From NCBI GenBank assembly GCA_905331295.1, contig CAJNYD010000459.1, forward strand, positions 350,975 to 414,974: a stretch of DNA of 64,000 nt, written 5' to 3'. The translations under genes and the position numbers were made by a program. The notes under the pieces were generated by a model. It was not told the DNA's origin. It did no database searches and saw only the letters and a list, made by a program, of their open reading frames with translations. Below, in pieces: positions 38,501 to 53,679 of this stretch (positions are counted from its first letter, which is position 1; each line of letters begins with the position of its first letter). Origin of the DNA: Rotaria socialis (lineage: Eukaryota).

Positions 38501-41500
38501 CTCTCATTGCTAATATTTACTTGTCAAGATAAAATAACATATGTACCATCAATAATTGTTCTGAATCACTTATGTGTTCTATGGTACATGTGCGCTACAA
38601 TCACTTGGATTGCAAAGTGCATATGCGCAATTGCACTCGACAAACAGAATTGTATGTGTTCAATTCTGTTGTGTTCTATCTTTACACGTAAATATTAACA
38701 ATCTTAGAAGGAGAAAATAAACTGCGAATTTTCTATATATAATCATATGTTATTATTAAATAAAAGACATCAATGGGAGTGAGTTGAAATAATTTTCATC
38801 GTTCAAATTTTTTTTTGATTTTTTTTTCATTGTGTGAAAATCGTATGAGATCTAATTTGGATTCTCATAATTATGTTCTAAGCAATATACAAACATGTCA
38901 ATGCACTTAGATCAAAGAATATAAATCATTTAGAATATCTTGATTTCATAAGGTTTATAAAATCGAGAGAAGCCTCGGTATATTCATTCAGGCTATTTTT
39001 ATTGTATTGATATTCGAGCACAAAAATATTTACTGACTTTGCTTTTATTCTAATTAGAACTGTGAAAATGAATCTACTAAGTATATTTTAAAATAAATGC
39101 AGCATACCTATTAATGCCTATTAAAAAATACAAAACAAAAATGATCTTTCTCCTAAGTTCAGAAAACTTTGATAAAAACACTAGAATATATTCTGAGAAG
39201 TCACCCAGTATATATATATATATATATATTAAAAATTGGTGACTCTTAATTTTGTCTCACTTCAAAATCAAACAATCACGCTTCCAAAAACTTCTACAGA
39301 AAAAAACGTTTTCAAAATCCTACTATAAACAAGAACTACTTTGGAAGCAATCATAATCGATTCTGTCTTTCATGCAAAGCAATGTTTATATAAAAATGAT
39401 TTCTTCACTCATCATCAAGTTTGTAGTGTTTACATTCACAAGAACTGTTATTTTGTAATCGTTTTTGCTCTAGATTAAACTGCGCGTGATCACAGATTAA
39501 AGTACTATTGCTAATAAATTCCTAGTCACACCAACGTCGTGTTATTCCGAGTACGAAAACAGTATCAATATTCTATTTTTTTGAAAATTTATTTGCTAAA
39601 ACAATATTTTTTTATACTGACTTTCAAGTTGGCCATAAGGGTGTAGTTTTCTCAATTCTATTTTCTACATTACATGAGAGTGTACAGCGTACAAGTGCTA
39701 TCAAAAATAACGATGAAAATTATCCAATAAAAATTTTCAAAAACAATGTTCGACATTTTAATGAAAAAAAAATAAAATAGATTTAAGTTTGCTCGTGAAT
39801 GCTAATGCAAATACATGTCAAAGGAAAAAGAAGAAAAAAACATGACATATTGGAATATTTTATTCTATTAGACTAACGTTGCTAAATGCCTGCATGATAT
39901 CTCAAAAATAAAAAAAGATGTTTTTTTCTCTAGAAAACATTTACGATCTTTGGTACGCACTGGGTAAAATTCCAAAGATAGATCCGTTGACTTTCTCAGA
40001 TTGATATTAATCCATTGAAGAAAAACAGACGAAGCAACATATGCTAACATGTAACTCAGTCTTATAGTGAATAAATGGAAACCATAGTTGCATCATCAAG
40101 TAGGTCTTCTTATATTTTTATAAAAAGACGTGCCAGAATATTATTTTCCTGTTCTTACAACACGTTTTTACTAACAAATATATGAGACCTATTTTTTCTT
40201 CCTTCTATATCTTTTCCATTTAAAATACTTAAAGGATGCTTTAATATTAATAAAAAAAGAACGCAAAAGGCTCCCATGAAAGAAAATTGTTATCATAGTT
40301 CTCTTTTTATAGCAAAAACAAATATTAGACAGTTAATAAAAAAAAAAGACTAACAAATACTGACCGGTTGAATATGATTTTAAAAAGAATAAAAGACCAA
40401 AAATATGAAAAATCCTACATTATGTACATAAGGTAAGCAAACTTCGCAAAATAAATAACATTCATTGAGTTAATGCTAATTTTTGTTTTCTTCAAAATGA
40501 TTTAAAGTAGTTTTTTCTTCTTCTGAAATTTTACGAGATTGCGAAAAAAATTCCATCGCCGAATTTTATTTTATCAAAGCACTTCCATAGAATAAGAAAC
40601 AATAATTATTTATTTTAATGGAGAGAAAGCGTTCTTCTAATATTCTACAGTCGGACTCACTAATTAAGTCATGTAAACTGTTTTCACATACATCTAAATA
40701 GCACATTTATTATTCTTGCTCGATTCTATGACTTTTTCGTACCTAAAGAGCGAAAACATTATTTCAGATCAAGGCTTTTCTCTCTTGAGTTAAGTTTATT
40801 TAATATGGATTCAATGCAAATAAATATTTTTAGTATATAAATCTTATTCTTGTGTATTATTTTTATATGAAACTATACAACAGAATTTCTATGTTGTTTA
40901 TGCACGAAGAATCATCATTATATGCATATATTCTTTTGAGAATGTTCTTGTTTGCACTGACAGTGACTTACTACCGATGATATTTGATAAGAATAAGAAT
41001 AAGAAGAGAGCTACGGACTAGGTAAAATGTGTTTCGTTCTGTTTATTTCTTTTTTCATCTCGCAAAGACGTGCTTTAATGTAGCTAACACGCATATCATA
41101 TACCTGATAAGCAATGTGTTCTTTACTTTTATCAACGTTTTCAAAGTACGACTGATGAATAACAATGTTCCCATACGTCAAATAATTATTCTGATCGCTT
41201 TATTATAGTGTAATATATAAATAACAATACATATGATAATCAATCGATATCAGTGAGTAAAACAAAATACTTCATAGTTTCATGACATGTATCTCTTAAG
41301 ATCTGTTTGAAATAATTTTATAAACACCTATTTTAATATACGTCTGGTGTTAGTTTAGAAACATCAAACCAGCTAGTAAATACTGAAGCAGTGTTAGTTA
41401 ATTAATGTTTTTACTTAAGATCATATATTCTAACATGAAATATGGTGGGTAGTAATTTAGCATAATTACTTTTTTACGACCAATAAGAATATTTTTTAAG

Positions 41501-42016
41501 TAATAGTTTGGATTCTAATGTTTCCGGTGCGTCAGATAAAAAACAAATATCTAAATAGTTTTAAAAGATAATATTTTTTTAAAGATATTATGGTAAATAT
41601 TTTTTATCTACGATTGGTTTTTCTTTATTTTACTTTAGTTGTATAATTATATTTCAGTATGTCCTCTCAGTTCTTTAGCACTATATATTTATTTTCTTTT
41701 TTTAGAGTTTTAGCATAATTTATTCAGCATAAAATTAGCAAGGAATGTCTCCGTAGTATAATAAAAAAAGACTTAATCTTTGTTCACATTCTTTTCTTTC
41801 GTTCTTTCTGTTTTTCTGTCACTTTTTATGACTTTCAATATAATATTTAGCAGAACTAGAACTAGAACTAGAAATAAAAATGAAATTTATATAAATTTAA
41901 AAGAAGATTGTATCAACCAGTTTGATAATTATTTATTTTTGCTAGATATTTAGATACTTGAGAAAGTATGAGTAGTTGAATATATTTTTAATGTATTACG
42001 CCTTTAATTACATGTG

Positions 42017-42482
42017 TTGAGGAAGGTCATTATAATTGTATTATTTTGTTTTTTCTTAATTATTTTTCGATTAGAATAATTAATTATTTTAAGATGTTTA
42101 GGAGATATTTTTCTTCTTCTTCAGTTTTATTTTATTTGGTGTTATGTTTTTGTTTTTACTATTTTACAATACATATCTGACTGTTCTTTTTCTTTTTCTT
42201 TTTCTTTTTCTTTTAATAGCGGAACGTAATGTCAAAACCTGTAAGTTTAATCTGCCAGTATTACCGACGCTGTCATTCCTTTCTACTATTACAAGAAAGA
42301 AAAAGAATAGTCAGATACGTATTGGTAAACAGTAAAAACAAAAATAAAACTGAAGAAGGAGAAAGATATCTCCAAAACGTCTTAAAATAATAAATTATTC
42401 TAATCGGAAAATAATTAAGAAAAAACATTAAAACAAAACGAAGAGAAAAAACAAAATAATACAAGTACTACGTCTTTCTCAA
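42017..42482. mobile_element. Degenerate MITE with long inverted arms
   Basis: ~42045-42200 is an imperfect reverse complement of ~42296-42465 (e.g. TTCTTAATTATTTTTCGATTAGAATAATT vs AATTATTCTAATCGGAAAATAATTAAGAA). TSD not clear. Confidence 0.6.
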
Positions 42483-45400
42483 TGCATTTTAGATATCGAA
42501 GTCTTAAGTTTAGTTTATATTTTATTAGGCTGCCTATCTACGGATTACACGAGTATAATATATCCTCTTTATTTATCAAATTTTGCCTTTTATCTGAAAG
42601 ATTTTTGTAGTCTTTTACAGCAAACAATAAAATAAGTATGATTAGGAAATGTAGGATGGCAAGAATGTAGTTTATTTTTCTGTGCTTGTCGATTGTGGGC
42701 AGTATGATTCAAAATTTCATTACACAAGCCAATATTTGAAATTAAAAAAATATTTAACTGTCAATAGATAGTACATTAGGACTTAAATGTTTTTGGTTTA
42801 AGAACAAAAATACTCATTATTTTATCATGTAACATCATCTCAGTGTTTACAACATTGTTAACAGTCTATTCATACCAACCCTTTCTTTTTAATCTAGACG
42901 GATAAGCCTTTAATTATATCTACCATGGTTTCCACCAAAAATAGTAGGTTCCCCAATATATTTACTTATCTATTGATCATTTTTCATTGTGCTTTTTACT
43001 ATTATTATTATTATTTGATGTTCATTTTATCCGTTTCGTTACTTATTATCTTGACTATTTATCATTATAAGACAATATTTCAAAATTAAGCAATAAAAAC
43101 TCAAAACGATAAATATTTCGGTCAATTGTTTCAAAAAAATCTTGTACTGACATTTTTATTATTCGTAGTAGTAGGTGATAAATAGTCAATGTCTTCATTT
43201 TTTATTATTTCTATATTTTATTGCCGTTTTTACCCTCACGAATAGTATGAAAGGAACTCTGTTGGTAGTATTAAGTGATGTGTAACGAAAGGTGAAAATC
43301 ATGACAATAATAATTAGTCTAGTAACAAGGACATTTATATACTAGGAAGAAAAACAAATTTGAAAAAGTACAATCATATTTATAAATAGACAAAAAAGAC
43401 AAACAGGGCAGTATAGGAAGCCAATAGGTTGAAAAAAAACATATGACATATGAAGTAATGAAAACCTCATTAAAATTTGTGCATCTGAATTACATTTACT
43501 AACGCCGAAAGTTTAATCAATGAAATTGAAAGATATGAACTTTGATGGGCTTTTCATTTGTCGTAAGTGTCATTGGTTTTGTTTTTATAGATTCAAATAT
43601 GAAGAAACTTATGAAATCGTTTCCTTCGTTTTCAAAATCCCTAAAACTTATGGTTGTTTTGATCGCATTGATCTGCCATTTATCAGCATGCAGACTTTTT
43701 CAGCTATCTAAGAACAAGCGATAGATTCAATGGTTTTTGATTGCATTATAACACAGGTAGAATTTTTCGTACTGACGTATAAATTCTACAAAAATTCTTC
43801 ATCAATATCCGTATCATTCACATTTGACTTTGATTAACATATCACAAGATAAATATATTAGTTTTTAGTTTCAGATTACAAAATTGTAATAATAATAATA
43901 ATAATACGCAAGTAATCATATAGATCTCGTCACAAAGAATTTAAAAAGCATCTGACCACGTGACAACGACCAGCAATGATGTTGTATTTTTAAGTAAATA
44001 ATCTCGTAAACATGATATATATATATATATATGTTAGCATTTATGTATGTATCTGACTTGTACTAGTATCTTTCATATGGCTACTTTAATTGTCTGCCAT
44101 TTTTGTTTGAAAAGACGTGAGCGTATGTGTTGACTTCTTATGTGTCTTCAATCAACGGACACAACTACTCAAGAGATGAATCACTACTGGTTCGTTCGTA
44201 TTTATTGATCAATATGTGACCGATCATCATTGAGAGAAGAAACATTTCAGAAAACCTACGAAACAAATACTCCACTGATAAATAGATTAAAATCTGTCAA
44301 TACCAACCCTGCGAAGCACTTAGGTATATTAGGAGCCGTATAAATTGTAACTAAGGAACAAATTATAGAATTATAAAAGTTGTGTGTGGTGAAGAAATAC
44401 AGCTAGAGCTAAATAAGAGTTAACAGATAGAGAAAACTTGCTATTGTCTTAGTCTGCTGCGCAATCAATATTCTATTGCATTTTAGTTCAACAGTTAATT
44501 AATGTTTTTTGACCGATGAAAAACGCGGCGATACTGAATAACAAAGTGTGATTTTATGAAATGACAGCTGAAAATCAGTTTGCTAAAGAATAATATTCTG
44601 TCAAAATACTTATGAAAATACATTTTTCATCGCCAAAGTCAAAAGATGGTATTTTATTGCTTGAGAAAGGTAAATAAATAGATATATTCTTTATTATTGT
44701 TGGAACTGAAAACGTTTCCAGTCAGCTTTTGTTTTGTGTCAGCTATTAACAAAAACCTTTTTTTAACCTGAGTAACATTATAGAGTTCTACGCAGTGAAA
44801 TTTCACATTATTATAGCAGGGTTCAATCCTCATTTTTGACAATACAACAGAGTACTGTTCTTTTTCTAAAACATAATCTCAACCGGACTGCTACTATAAA
44901 ACACGAAAAAGATCTATCCATTTTTGAGTACTTTCATTGAAGAAAAATGTTACTCTTGTAAGTAAAAATAAAAGTTTTAGTTCGTCATGATCAATTATTT
45001 TCAGTTTTCTTTCATAAAAAATTTATAAGTATTTCGTGTTGGTTTTTAGATGAAAAATCGGCTGTCATAGTAGTTTTAGTTGGAGAAAGCATATTCAAAG
45101 TAGCGTAAAATAAACTGTGATGAAGATCAGGTATATAATTAGAAAAAAAAGTGTTTATCATTGATAGAAATCGTGAAGATGATCGAATATGCAACAGAAA
45201 ATTGTATAATATAGTATAGTGGATATTTACTGTGATATTTCGTATTGTTCCAATAACTGCATGGTTTTTTTAATATTCGTTCTACATTTATCAGAGTGAA
45301 GATCTGAGTAGTGTTTTTAAAAAATCCACTGTGCTTTCATGACATAATTAATAATTATTTCATACTATTACTAATAATACATATTACCTTCTTTGAATAA

Positions 45401-45790
45401 TACTTTACCACCGATTATGACTTTTCGCTAACGGATGAAGCTCCCCAGGTGTTGCCTCTTCAAAGTCAATTATACTTTGTCTCTTGATACCATGTGGTAT
45501 CTTCATACGAAGCCTTAGAAAAATTGAGTCACTATCTCTTTCATCAATAGCTATGAATACTTTTATTTTACTTCTACAATGCGCCACATATACTATTTAA
45601 AAGAACCCTTCAGTCGATGAAAGTCTTAAGGTATTAGTTCACTAATTGCTTTTCAAGTATTGTTTTGATATTTATTATATTGACAAAATGTTTTTATTTT
45701 TGAGCTTTTTATCCTGGCAGGTAATTGAATTTCATTCTTCTAAAGAAAGATCTTAGAATTTTTTACTGTGTCAAGTAAAAATATTGAACT

Positions 45791-45902
45791 TGGTGAAAAA
45801 GAGCGAAAAGGAAAATAGCGAAAGAAAGACAAAGAAAACTTCCATATATGGATATTTTCTTTTCTTTTTTTTCGCTATTTTCCTTTTCGCTCTTTTCCAC
45901 TA
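45791..45902. repeat. ~110-nt imperfect palindrome (hairpin / mini-MITE)
   Basis: GGTGAAAAAGAGCGAAAAGGAAAATAGCGAAA...TCCATATATGGA...TTTCGCTATTTTCCTTTTCGCTCTTTTCCACT. Confidence 0.7.
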
Positions 45903-48106
45903 ACACCAAAATATTCTTCTCTATCATCAATGATTATAGTTGTGTGTTTCTAGCCTTGATTTTTAGGGTGCTGAAGAGCTTTTTAATCGTTAGACAATAG
46001 CACATTCTTTACACACTTCGGTTTTACTTATGCTACGGACAGTTTTCGTGCGTTCTTTCATTTGTAATCGCCTAATATATCTGACACATAAATAGAGTTT
46101 TGCTCAATTCCGCCTGTAAGACATATTTTGTATTTTTTCTATGGAATTTGAACGATTTCAAACCGTTTTCTATCATCCGATGGCATGTTTATTTTTAATC
46201 ATAGCATGTACATTCGTATATATATATATATATATATATTTATACAGTCATTGATGTTTCATGGGATATGTGCTGTAAATTATGTGACAATTTAAATTAT
46301 TAATGTTTTTCTTTTTATCTATATTTTGATAAGGAATTTACATCTGAATCTAATCCAACTCATAAAAATTTTAAAATTATCACAATAATATTCATAATCA
46401 TCGATGGCGTAGATGAATCTTTTACATGATGCGGCGTTCTATTATTCTTTTTCAAAAGAGGATATCTAGACCCGTGAAAATTGTAAAAACCGAAAATTAA
46501 AATCTTTGTACACGTTACTCTCTAATTTGAAATGATAGCAAAAAGCAATACATATAAATGAAAAATTTTAAATTTTTAGGTGTTGAAGAACACGATAAAA
46601 ATCTAAATCCTTTTACAGATTTAATCAAGACACTATTCTATTTATAAGATAAAAACAATTGAAATTGAGATATCCCAGCATTTGTAGAAGCGCCTTCCTA
46701 AGAAATATGTAAAAATACTTGTAAATTTCTTTTAGTTATTACTATTGATATTGTCAAGAAACAATGGATGTGACTATTTTATGAATAGCGTTTGATAGAA
46801 TGGAATCAGCGAATTGAGACTTCTACTTCTACTATTCATAAAAGAATTTTTTAGAGACACAAAATAATGCATTATTAGATCGGCTTACAATTCACCTGTA
46901 ATATGAACTTTTGAAAAAGACTTTTGACAATACTCTTATAGAACAGTTTTTCATATCTTTTTCGCTCTTACTTATGATTAAAGATTCGATTGAATTATGC
47001 TACGTTAAGATTTTTTTCTTCTACTATTCATACCTTATTAATGATGCCAGATATTTTCTGAAAATGTTACTCATTGATTTTAAGTCATCTTAACGTGTGT
47101 CCAGCATACGCTTGATGAAGTACTTTGAATTCAGTGATGATACATGCTTTCGGTATCAAGCTAATACTAAGTAACGAGTAGTGAAATTTTTGAAACAATG
47201 CACGATAATACGCACGAGTTAAAACTTCGAGTATCTAAAATTTTAAATTAATAATTTAAAATCACATTGAAACCGAAAAGAAAACTTATCATTGAACTCG
47301 ATGTAGGTCATTTTCCTATCTTCAGTTGTCTTAAATTGATGTTACATTAGTTGGTTTAAATTCATCAGTCTTTGAAGAAACGTTGTAACTTTTGAACAGT
47401 ACAGTCTGCATATTCTGGTTTTTTTTATTTTCAGTAAATATACATTTAATCAGCCAATTTTTAATTGTAAATAGAAAATACCACAGTTTGCTGTCTGACT
47501 TCGATCTTTAAGTACTGAGAAATGAGATCTATAGCAATTCAATTTCACTGATTAATTTTTTTCACACTAATGAACATAATCTTAGATATGATTTTTGTTG
47601 CTTTTTTGTTATAGTTAACACAGATAATTTAAAATGTTAATAAAGAAATCGCAGTTTTATAAGGAAGTATCATAACAGAAAATGTGATGAATATTTCAGC
47701 AAGCATGTTCTTCTTCGTTTTTGAGAAAAGACACACGAGTTTCAGTTTATCATTATCTATAACCCTAGAAAATCTTATGACGCACGCATATTAACTATTT
47801 GTTTCATCTCTTCTATTTCTCAGTCAAAAAGAAAGAGAACATAATATCTAGTGAATGCAAATGTTTATGGTTTACATTGGAAATGATGTTCTGTTCAACT
47901 AAATCTTAAGAAAATTTATCTATACAATGAAGTTAAACGAAGAATGTAAATATCAAATTATTATTCATAATAAATAGCTATTAAGTTCTACTACATCAAT
48001 TTTGCATAACTTAGAACTATAGATGAGAATAGCTAATCAATAATAAAACGCCTATATCACTAAATTTTATTTTATTTTTTTATTTAGACTTTTAACAAAG
48101 CTTCAA

Positions 48107-49238
48107 ATGCAGTGTGTAATATATTGTCGTAATCGAACAGTTTTATTGACATCGTTTACGTTATTCGTCTTACTATTTACATACGTCATTTATCCATGGT
48201 TTTATTATGCTTGGATTTGGCGAAATAGTGATATCAATCATCTTGATTTTCCAATAGCATCAAAATCAAATGATACTGTTGCTACTGTTCCACGTATAAT
48301 ACACCAAACGTGGCGCGACGCTGATAAAATACCAATCGATTGGCAACAAGCATCAAATAGTTGCAGATCATTTCATCCTAACTATCAGTACCGTTTATGG
48401 TCAGATAAAAGTGCTCGTCTTTTGATTGAAAAAGAATTCCCCTGTTTATTATCAACATTCGATGAGTATCCATATGATATTCAACGTGCCGATGTCATTC
48501 GTCTTGTTGTTTTATATGTTTATGGAGGAATTTATTTAGATTTAGATATTATTTGTCTAAAACCATTGGATAAATTACTGACATTTAAATTTATTTTACC
48601 AAAAACCATGCCGGTTGGTTTATCCAATGACTTTATACTAGCCGAGCCAAAAAGTCCATTTTTACTACAAGTTTTGAATGATTTACCCAAATATAATCGA
48701 AATTATTGGACTAAGTAAATTTTATTTCGTTAATTTATTAACGAAAAGAAAAAAAAACAATACTTATTCTTTTTCTAATTAAGATATTCAACTGTTATGT
48801 TTTCAACGGGGCCTATGTTTTTAACACATGAAGCATCATATTATCCAAATCGGTCTTCTATAAATGTTCTTTCTCAAGAACTTTACGGAAAATATATTTT
48901 TAATTCGTCACTTGCTCTGTTTCGACATTTGAAAGGTATGAAGACGACAAGAAAGAAAGAGACGATGATTACTTATAAAAGGATTTAATTTATATCGTTT
49001 AGCTTCGTCTTGGCACGGCAATGATGCTGCATTCGTCAAATGGATTTACCGTCGACGCACAATTTTGTTCCTAGTATTAACTGCTTTATTTGTGATTATC
49101 AATGCCATTATTTATTCTATTCAATATCGCCATACACTTAGGAATGTTCTTAAAAAAATTCCTTCACTCATAAAGTCAATATCAAATGGGCAATCTTTAA
49201 GATATGAAAAAATTCATTCGAACATTGTTCTTATTTAA
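48107..49238 (+). CDS. Glycosyltransferase family 32 (DXD), SUR1/CSH1-like inositol phosphoceramide mannosyltransferase, 3 exons
   Basis: N-terminal hydrophobic anchor, VPRIIHQTW, YPYDIQRADVIR..VLY.YGGIYLDLD, GLSNDFI, VMFSTGPMFL, SSWHGNDA, C-terminal TM segment. Introns 48715-48783 and 48936-49002; stop TAA 49238. Confidence 0.88.
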
Positions 49239-49581
49239 TTAGAATATTGTTTTTTTCTTCTGTTTTTAAAACCAATTTATTGTATTCGATAGATTGATGC
49301 TTAATATATTTTGTTATCCATATCATGATGATTGGATTTCGAAAGCAATAATTATTCATGATAAAATGATCATTTCTCAATTAGCAAAAGTACAGAGTAA
49401 ACAGAGTACAATAAGTTTATTCCATCGTGTAAAAGCTTCCATACATCATTTCACGTTCTCTCGTTATTATGTGTTGTAAGACGTAGTTTTTTATATGAAT
49501 TTGCTGAAATCAATATACGTAGCTTCTTTTACAGCTAGTATAATGCTTTGAGCTGACTAGCAGAAAAATTATATTTGATTG

Positions 49582-49689
49582 CAGAGATGGGCAATTCAGC
49601 GTTTTTTCGACTCAAGTCAAGTCACGTCAAGTCATAATCCATTCAAAAAAATCATCAAGTCATTTTTTGACTTGAAATGCCCATCTCTG
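49582..49689. mobile_element. hAT-family MITE (108 bp)
   Basis: TIRs CAGAGATGGGCA / TGCCCATCTCTG, internal TCAAGTCA repeats, 8-bp TSD TTTGATTG (49574-49581, 49690-49697). Confidence 0.9.
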
Positions 49690-52617
49690 TTTGATTGTTC
49701 GTTTCGAGTATTTTGTAATAAGCGAGAAGGAAAATAAAAGAGAGTCGAAGAGATTTACTGGCATCTATCCTATAAAATGCTGAAGTTTATACTTTAAGAA
49801 TTTTCTAAGACTGAAATCGCTTTCTACACTCCCACTACTATTACCTACCACTATTGTTATATAAAGCAAACTAATGAAATCAATCAAGAATATAGTTAAT
49901 ACTTTAGGGGACAAATTCACGTAAGCATTCCGTAATTATTCAAAAGGCAAATCAGTAGATGAGCTTCTTTTTTTTCTTTTTAGAAACTATTCAATGGTTC
50001 ATTGGTTGAACACAATAAAGAAACAGAAAAAAAGTCGAGCAACACTGTGAACGAGCGTGGTGGTGCCAAAGATGACTACATGAAAGATAAATGAGATGAA
50101 GATAATCATGCTGCTTTCAAAAAGAAGTTCATAAATAGAAGACTACCCACTAATACACGTGCAAGTGCGCATAAACATTGATGTATACATGTTTCTATAC
50201 ATAGAAATATTTAATATCGCTCTTGTTTGCTTTGAGTTGTTGCTACTATGTTTTTATTGGAGTCTCCTTCTATTCACGAAATGGTCAAGATATTGTATTT
50301 GATTGCTTATAATTGGAGTTCATTTTTTAATTTAAAAAAATTATGAAAGTTGAATAAAAATACAAACTGAAGCTAAAAGCGTACTATTCACGAGCAACAA
50401 TATTCAGCAATGAAGTAATTATTTATTTCATAAGATTTATTTTATAAATTTCGATATCACCGTATTGGTGTTAGTTCAAAAATGTAACGAGTATATTCGT
50501 GTCACGTATTCATCAGTGTGATCTAGTTGTGAACTAGTTTGTGTAAGTCACGAGCTTTAAATTACAAAAATCATTTATTTATGGCTTTTGACTATACTAT
50601 ATATTTATCATAAAAAGAAAATTCTTCACAATTAGTAAATGACTAGCAATACTTGTTGTTTTTCGTATTTTAGCCAATTATGACGTTAAATTCTAGCATG
50701 TTAAAATCATATTCAAATACTTCAACAAATGATAGTTATGGATAGAGAAATATTCATATAGAAAAGGAGTGCCATCAAATATTTTCCATACAATGACTAA
50801 GTATTCTAGAATACTCAAAAGCACTTCCGCCAGTATTTGAATCAATTAGAAATAACAAAAAATAACTTTTAAAAAATTCTTTTTTTTTATGAAAAATGAA
50901 TTCATCTGAATAATGTCCAACGCATTCGAATGATGTTTTTGTTTATTGATAAAACAGATTATTCCTACAGATACTTAATGTGATAATGAAGAATTTAAAT
51001 ATTTAATTTAATGCAGTATTTTTCAGTGTGTTTTTAATGATTGCGGAGAAATATTCAATAGCTAGCACTTCTATGGTTCTTATGTTTTACAATGATATCC
51101 TAGAAAAATGCAAGAAAAAGCTATATTTATAAGCTTTAGTTTTCATACGGTTTAATAGTGAATTATAAAAATTTCTCATGATGGCAACGTATTTCTGAAC
51201 AAATAAAATATCAAAGACATCATTGGTCTACTGTGGAATAATACTCCCATATTCTGTCTATTAGAATATAATCTATATTTAGATATTATGCCATTTGATA
51301 TGACGACATTAATGGCAAGTATTGATTACTACTCAATATAACGCATTTTTTGTTTATAAATTTCTTTCAAGGTCTATTCTCATCATATTTCTTTTCGTTT
51401 CATGCAACTAGAGATCATGTAACATTTGAGTTCTAATTCTGTACGTAAGATGAATCATATTATGTATGATCTATAGAAAATATCGAGTATTTCGATATAA
51501 GTTTGTGTTAGCATCATTAATTCATTCAAGTTGATGTTGCTTATTATGAAATATTAAAACTTCCATTAGTCATAATAACTATCGATTGTATGGAACGGCT
51601 AAGATCAATATGAACTGACTCTTTAAAACTAATCTATAAAATAGTGAAGTATATATATGGCATTGAAATGGCATGGATGCTCATGTATCCTTCCTCATAG
51701 GTTAGCTATGATTTTAGATACACTTATCAAATTTAATCAAGAGACAATCAAAATCATGTTTACTAGATAAATATTGAAACAATGAAAAGTATCGATATAT
51801 AGTAGATGTGATCAACGCTTTACGTCAAGTATATATCTTCCATATTTTATGATGTACTAATATTATTAATTCTAGGTCATAGATATTTGCTAAAACGGAA
51901 AAAGCATTTCATAATTTTTATCAACATATGTTCTATTATTTCTATTCTCTTTCAATTAAAGTTTTGAATACAAATATCCTTTCAGATGGCCTACTGAGCA
52001 TTCTATTAATTATATATATCTGAAACGTTCAGCTGCATATGCATTAAATTGATAGAATATTTCTTGATGTTACAAATTTATTAGAGCTGTCGACTTTTAG
52101 AGTCATATTTTTGTCACAGACGATTATTAATCATCATGGGTTTTAACCAGACGAAGTTTTAATACTCGTGATCTTCACATTAGTTTGAGCAGGTAAATTA
52201 AATGTCAATATTTTAAATTTAGTGTTCATTTTCCTCTTGCACGTTGCGCGTTGATAATGGAACGACATATTAAAACAAATTCACTATCATTTTCTCATCA
52301 AACGATGAGCACTGCTTTAATGTCATACTTCTGACGTTTTAGAATTTTGTTAGGGTATTATCAATAATTTCACTTTCGAGTCACGTTTTTTTCCACGATT
52401 TTTTATTATGGTTGAATCATGTATTTATCTTCCGTGCATATGAAATACTATCAATATATGCAACAATTTTTGGTATTCCCTCGAACATTAAACTGACTTG
52501 AATCAGATACAATCAAGTTACTGTCTGGAATTGTATGCCAATATCTGAATACTGTCTACACTCGTATTTTAACTCTGAAATTGATTTTATGATAATTTAC
52601 TAATATTGTTGAACCAA

Positions 52618-52981
52618 CCCAAGCAGACAAACTTTTTCAAAAACGTGTTTAAACACTCAATCGGGAACCGCGATTGTGGGTCATTAACGCTCATTAATAA
52701 GACGCAAGAAACGCGTTTTTACGCAGAATTCTCACTTTCCAAACGTGAAAACGAATAAAAACTCCAATTCCGAGCGTTTGAACGAATTGGTTTTTAATTT
52801 ATCGAATAATTGTGCTGTTAAACGCTCGGAATTGGAGTTTTTATTCGTTTTCACGTTTGGAAAGTGAGAATTCTGCGTAAAAACGCGTTTCTTGCGTCTT
52901 ATTAATGAGCGTTAATGACCCACAATCGCGGTTCCCGATTGAGTGTTTAAACAAGTTTTTGAAAACGTTTGTCTGCCTGGG
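52618..52981. mobile_element. Palindromic MITE with CCC...GGG (CMC-like) termini and ~160-bp near-perfect arms
   Basis: 52618-~52779 is nearly the exact reverse complement of ~52820-52981, with a ~40-nt spacer. Confidence 0.85.
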
Positions 52982-53679
52982 TAGGCTTGATTGCATTTTC
53001 CTCTCAGTTATTCATTCATTTCAATGAGTCTATACTAGGCATCCACTCAATTTAAACTCAAAATGTTTAGATATTTTAGTACGGCTATCATAATCTCTCT
53101 CGGAGAGGAACTTATTAAGAAATAAATTAAAGGAGACCTCGAAAAACATTTCTCTTACAAAACATGTACTTTATTATTCACATAACAAATACGATAGTTG
53201 TTTATTAATATATGTACGTTAAAAATAAATAGCTCAAACTATATTGTGTATTTAAAAGCGACTATATTTCGCAATACATTACAAGCGTTTTATTGAGTAT
53301 ATTGTTCAGAATAAAAATCTGATTATATAAAATAAAATTAGTCGAAACGGTATCAAAGGCGGTATAAAAATAAGATTAGTGGATTTAGTGAAGCTGTCGC
53401 TTTATATTCTAACTGAGATGAGTATAAAAGTTAATTTGATTGAAAAATTTCAAGCCATAGGCATAATCATCGATGTCAGTAGCAAAAACAAACCAATTCA
53501 ATAGCATTGCTGCTTTCGAGATATTTTTGTCGGAATTCAACATAAATGATTTTTCGAATGCCATAAAAAAAGCTTCTTTAGTTAGAACAAAATAGATTAT
53601 TGTAACATATAATGATATGATTTTGGTTGTGTTAGGTAAATTTTCGAATGATTTTCCTTGATTATCAGTTCGTAATCTT

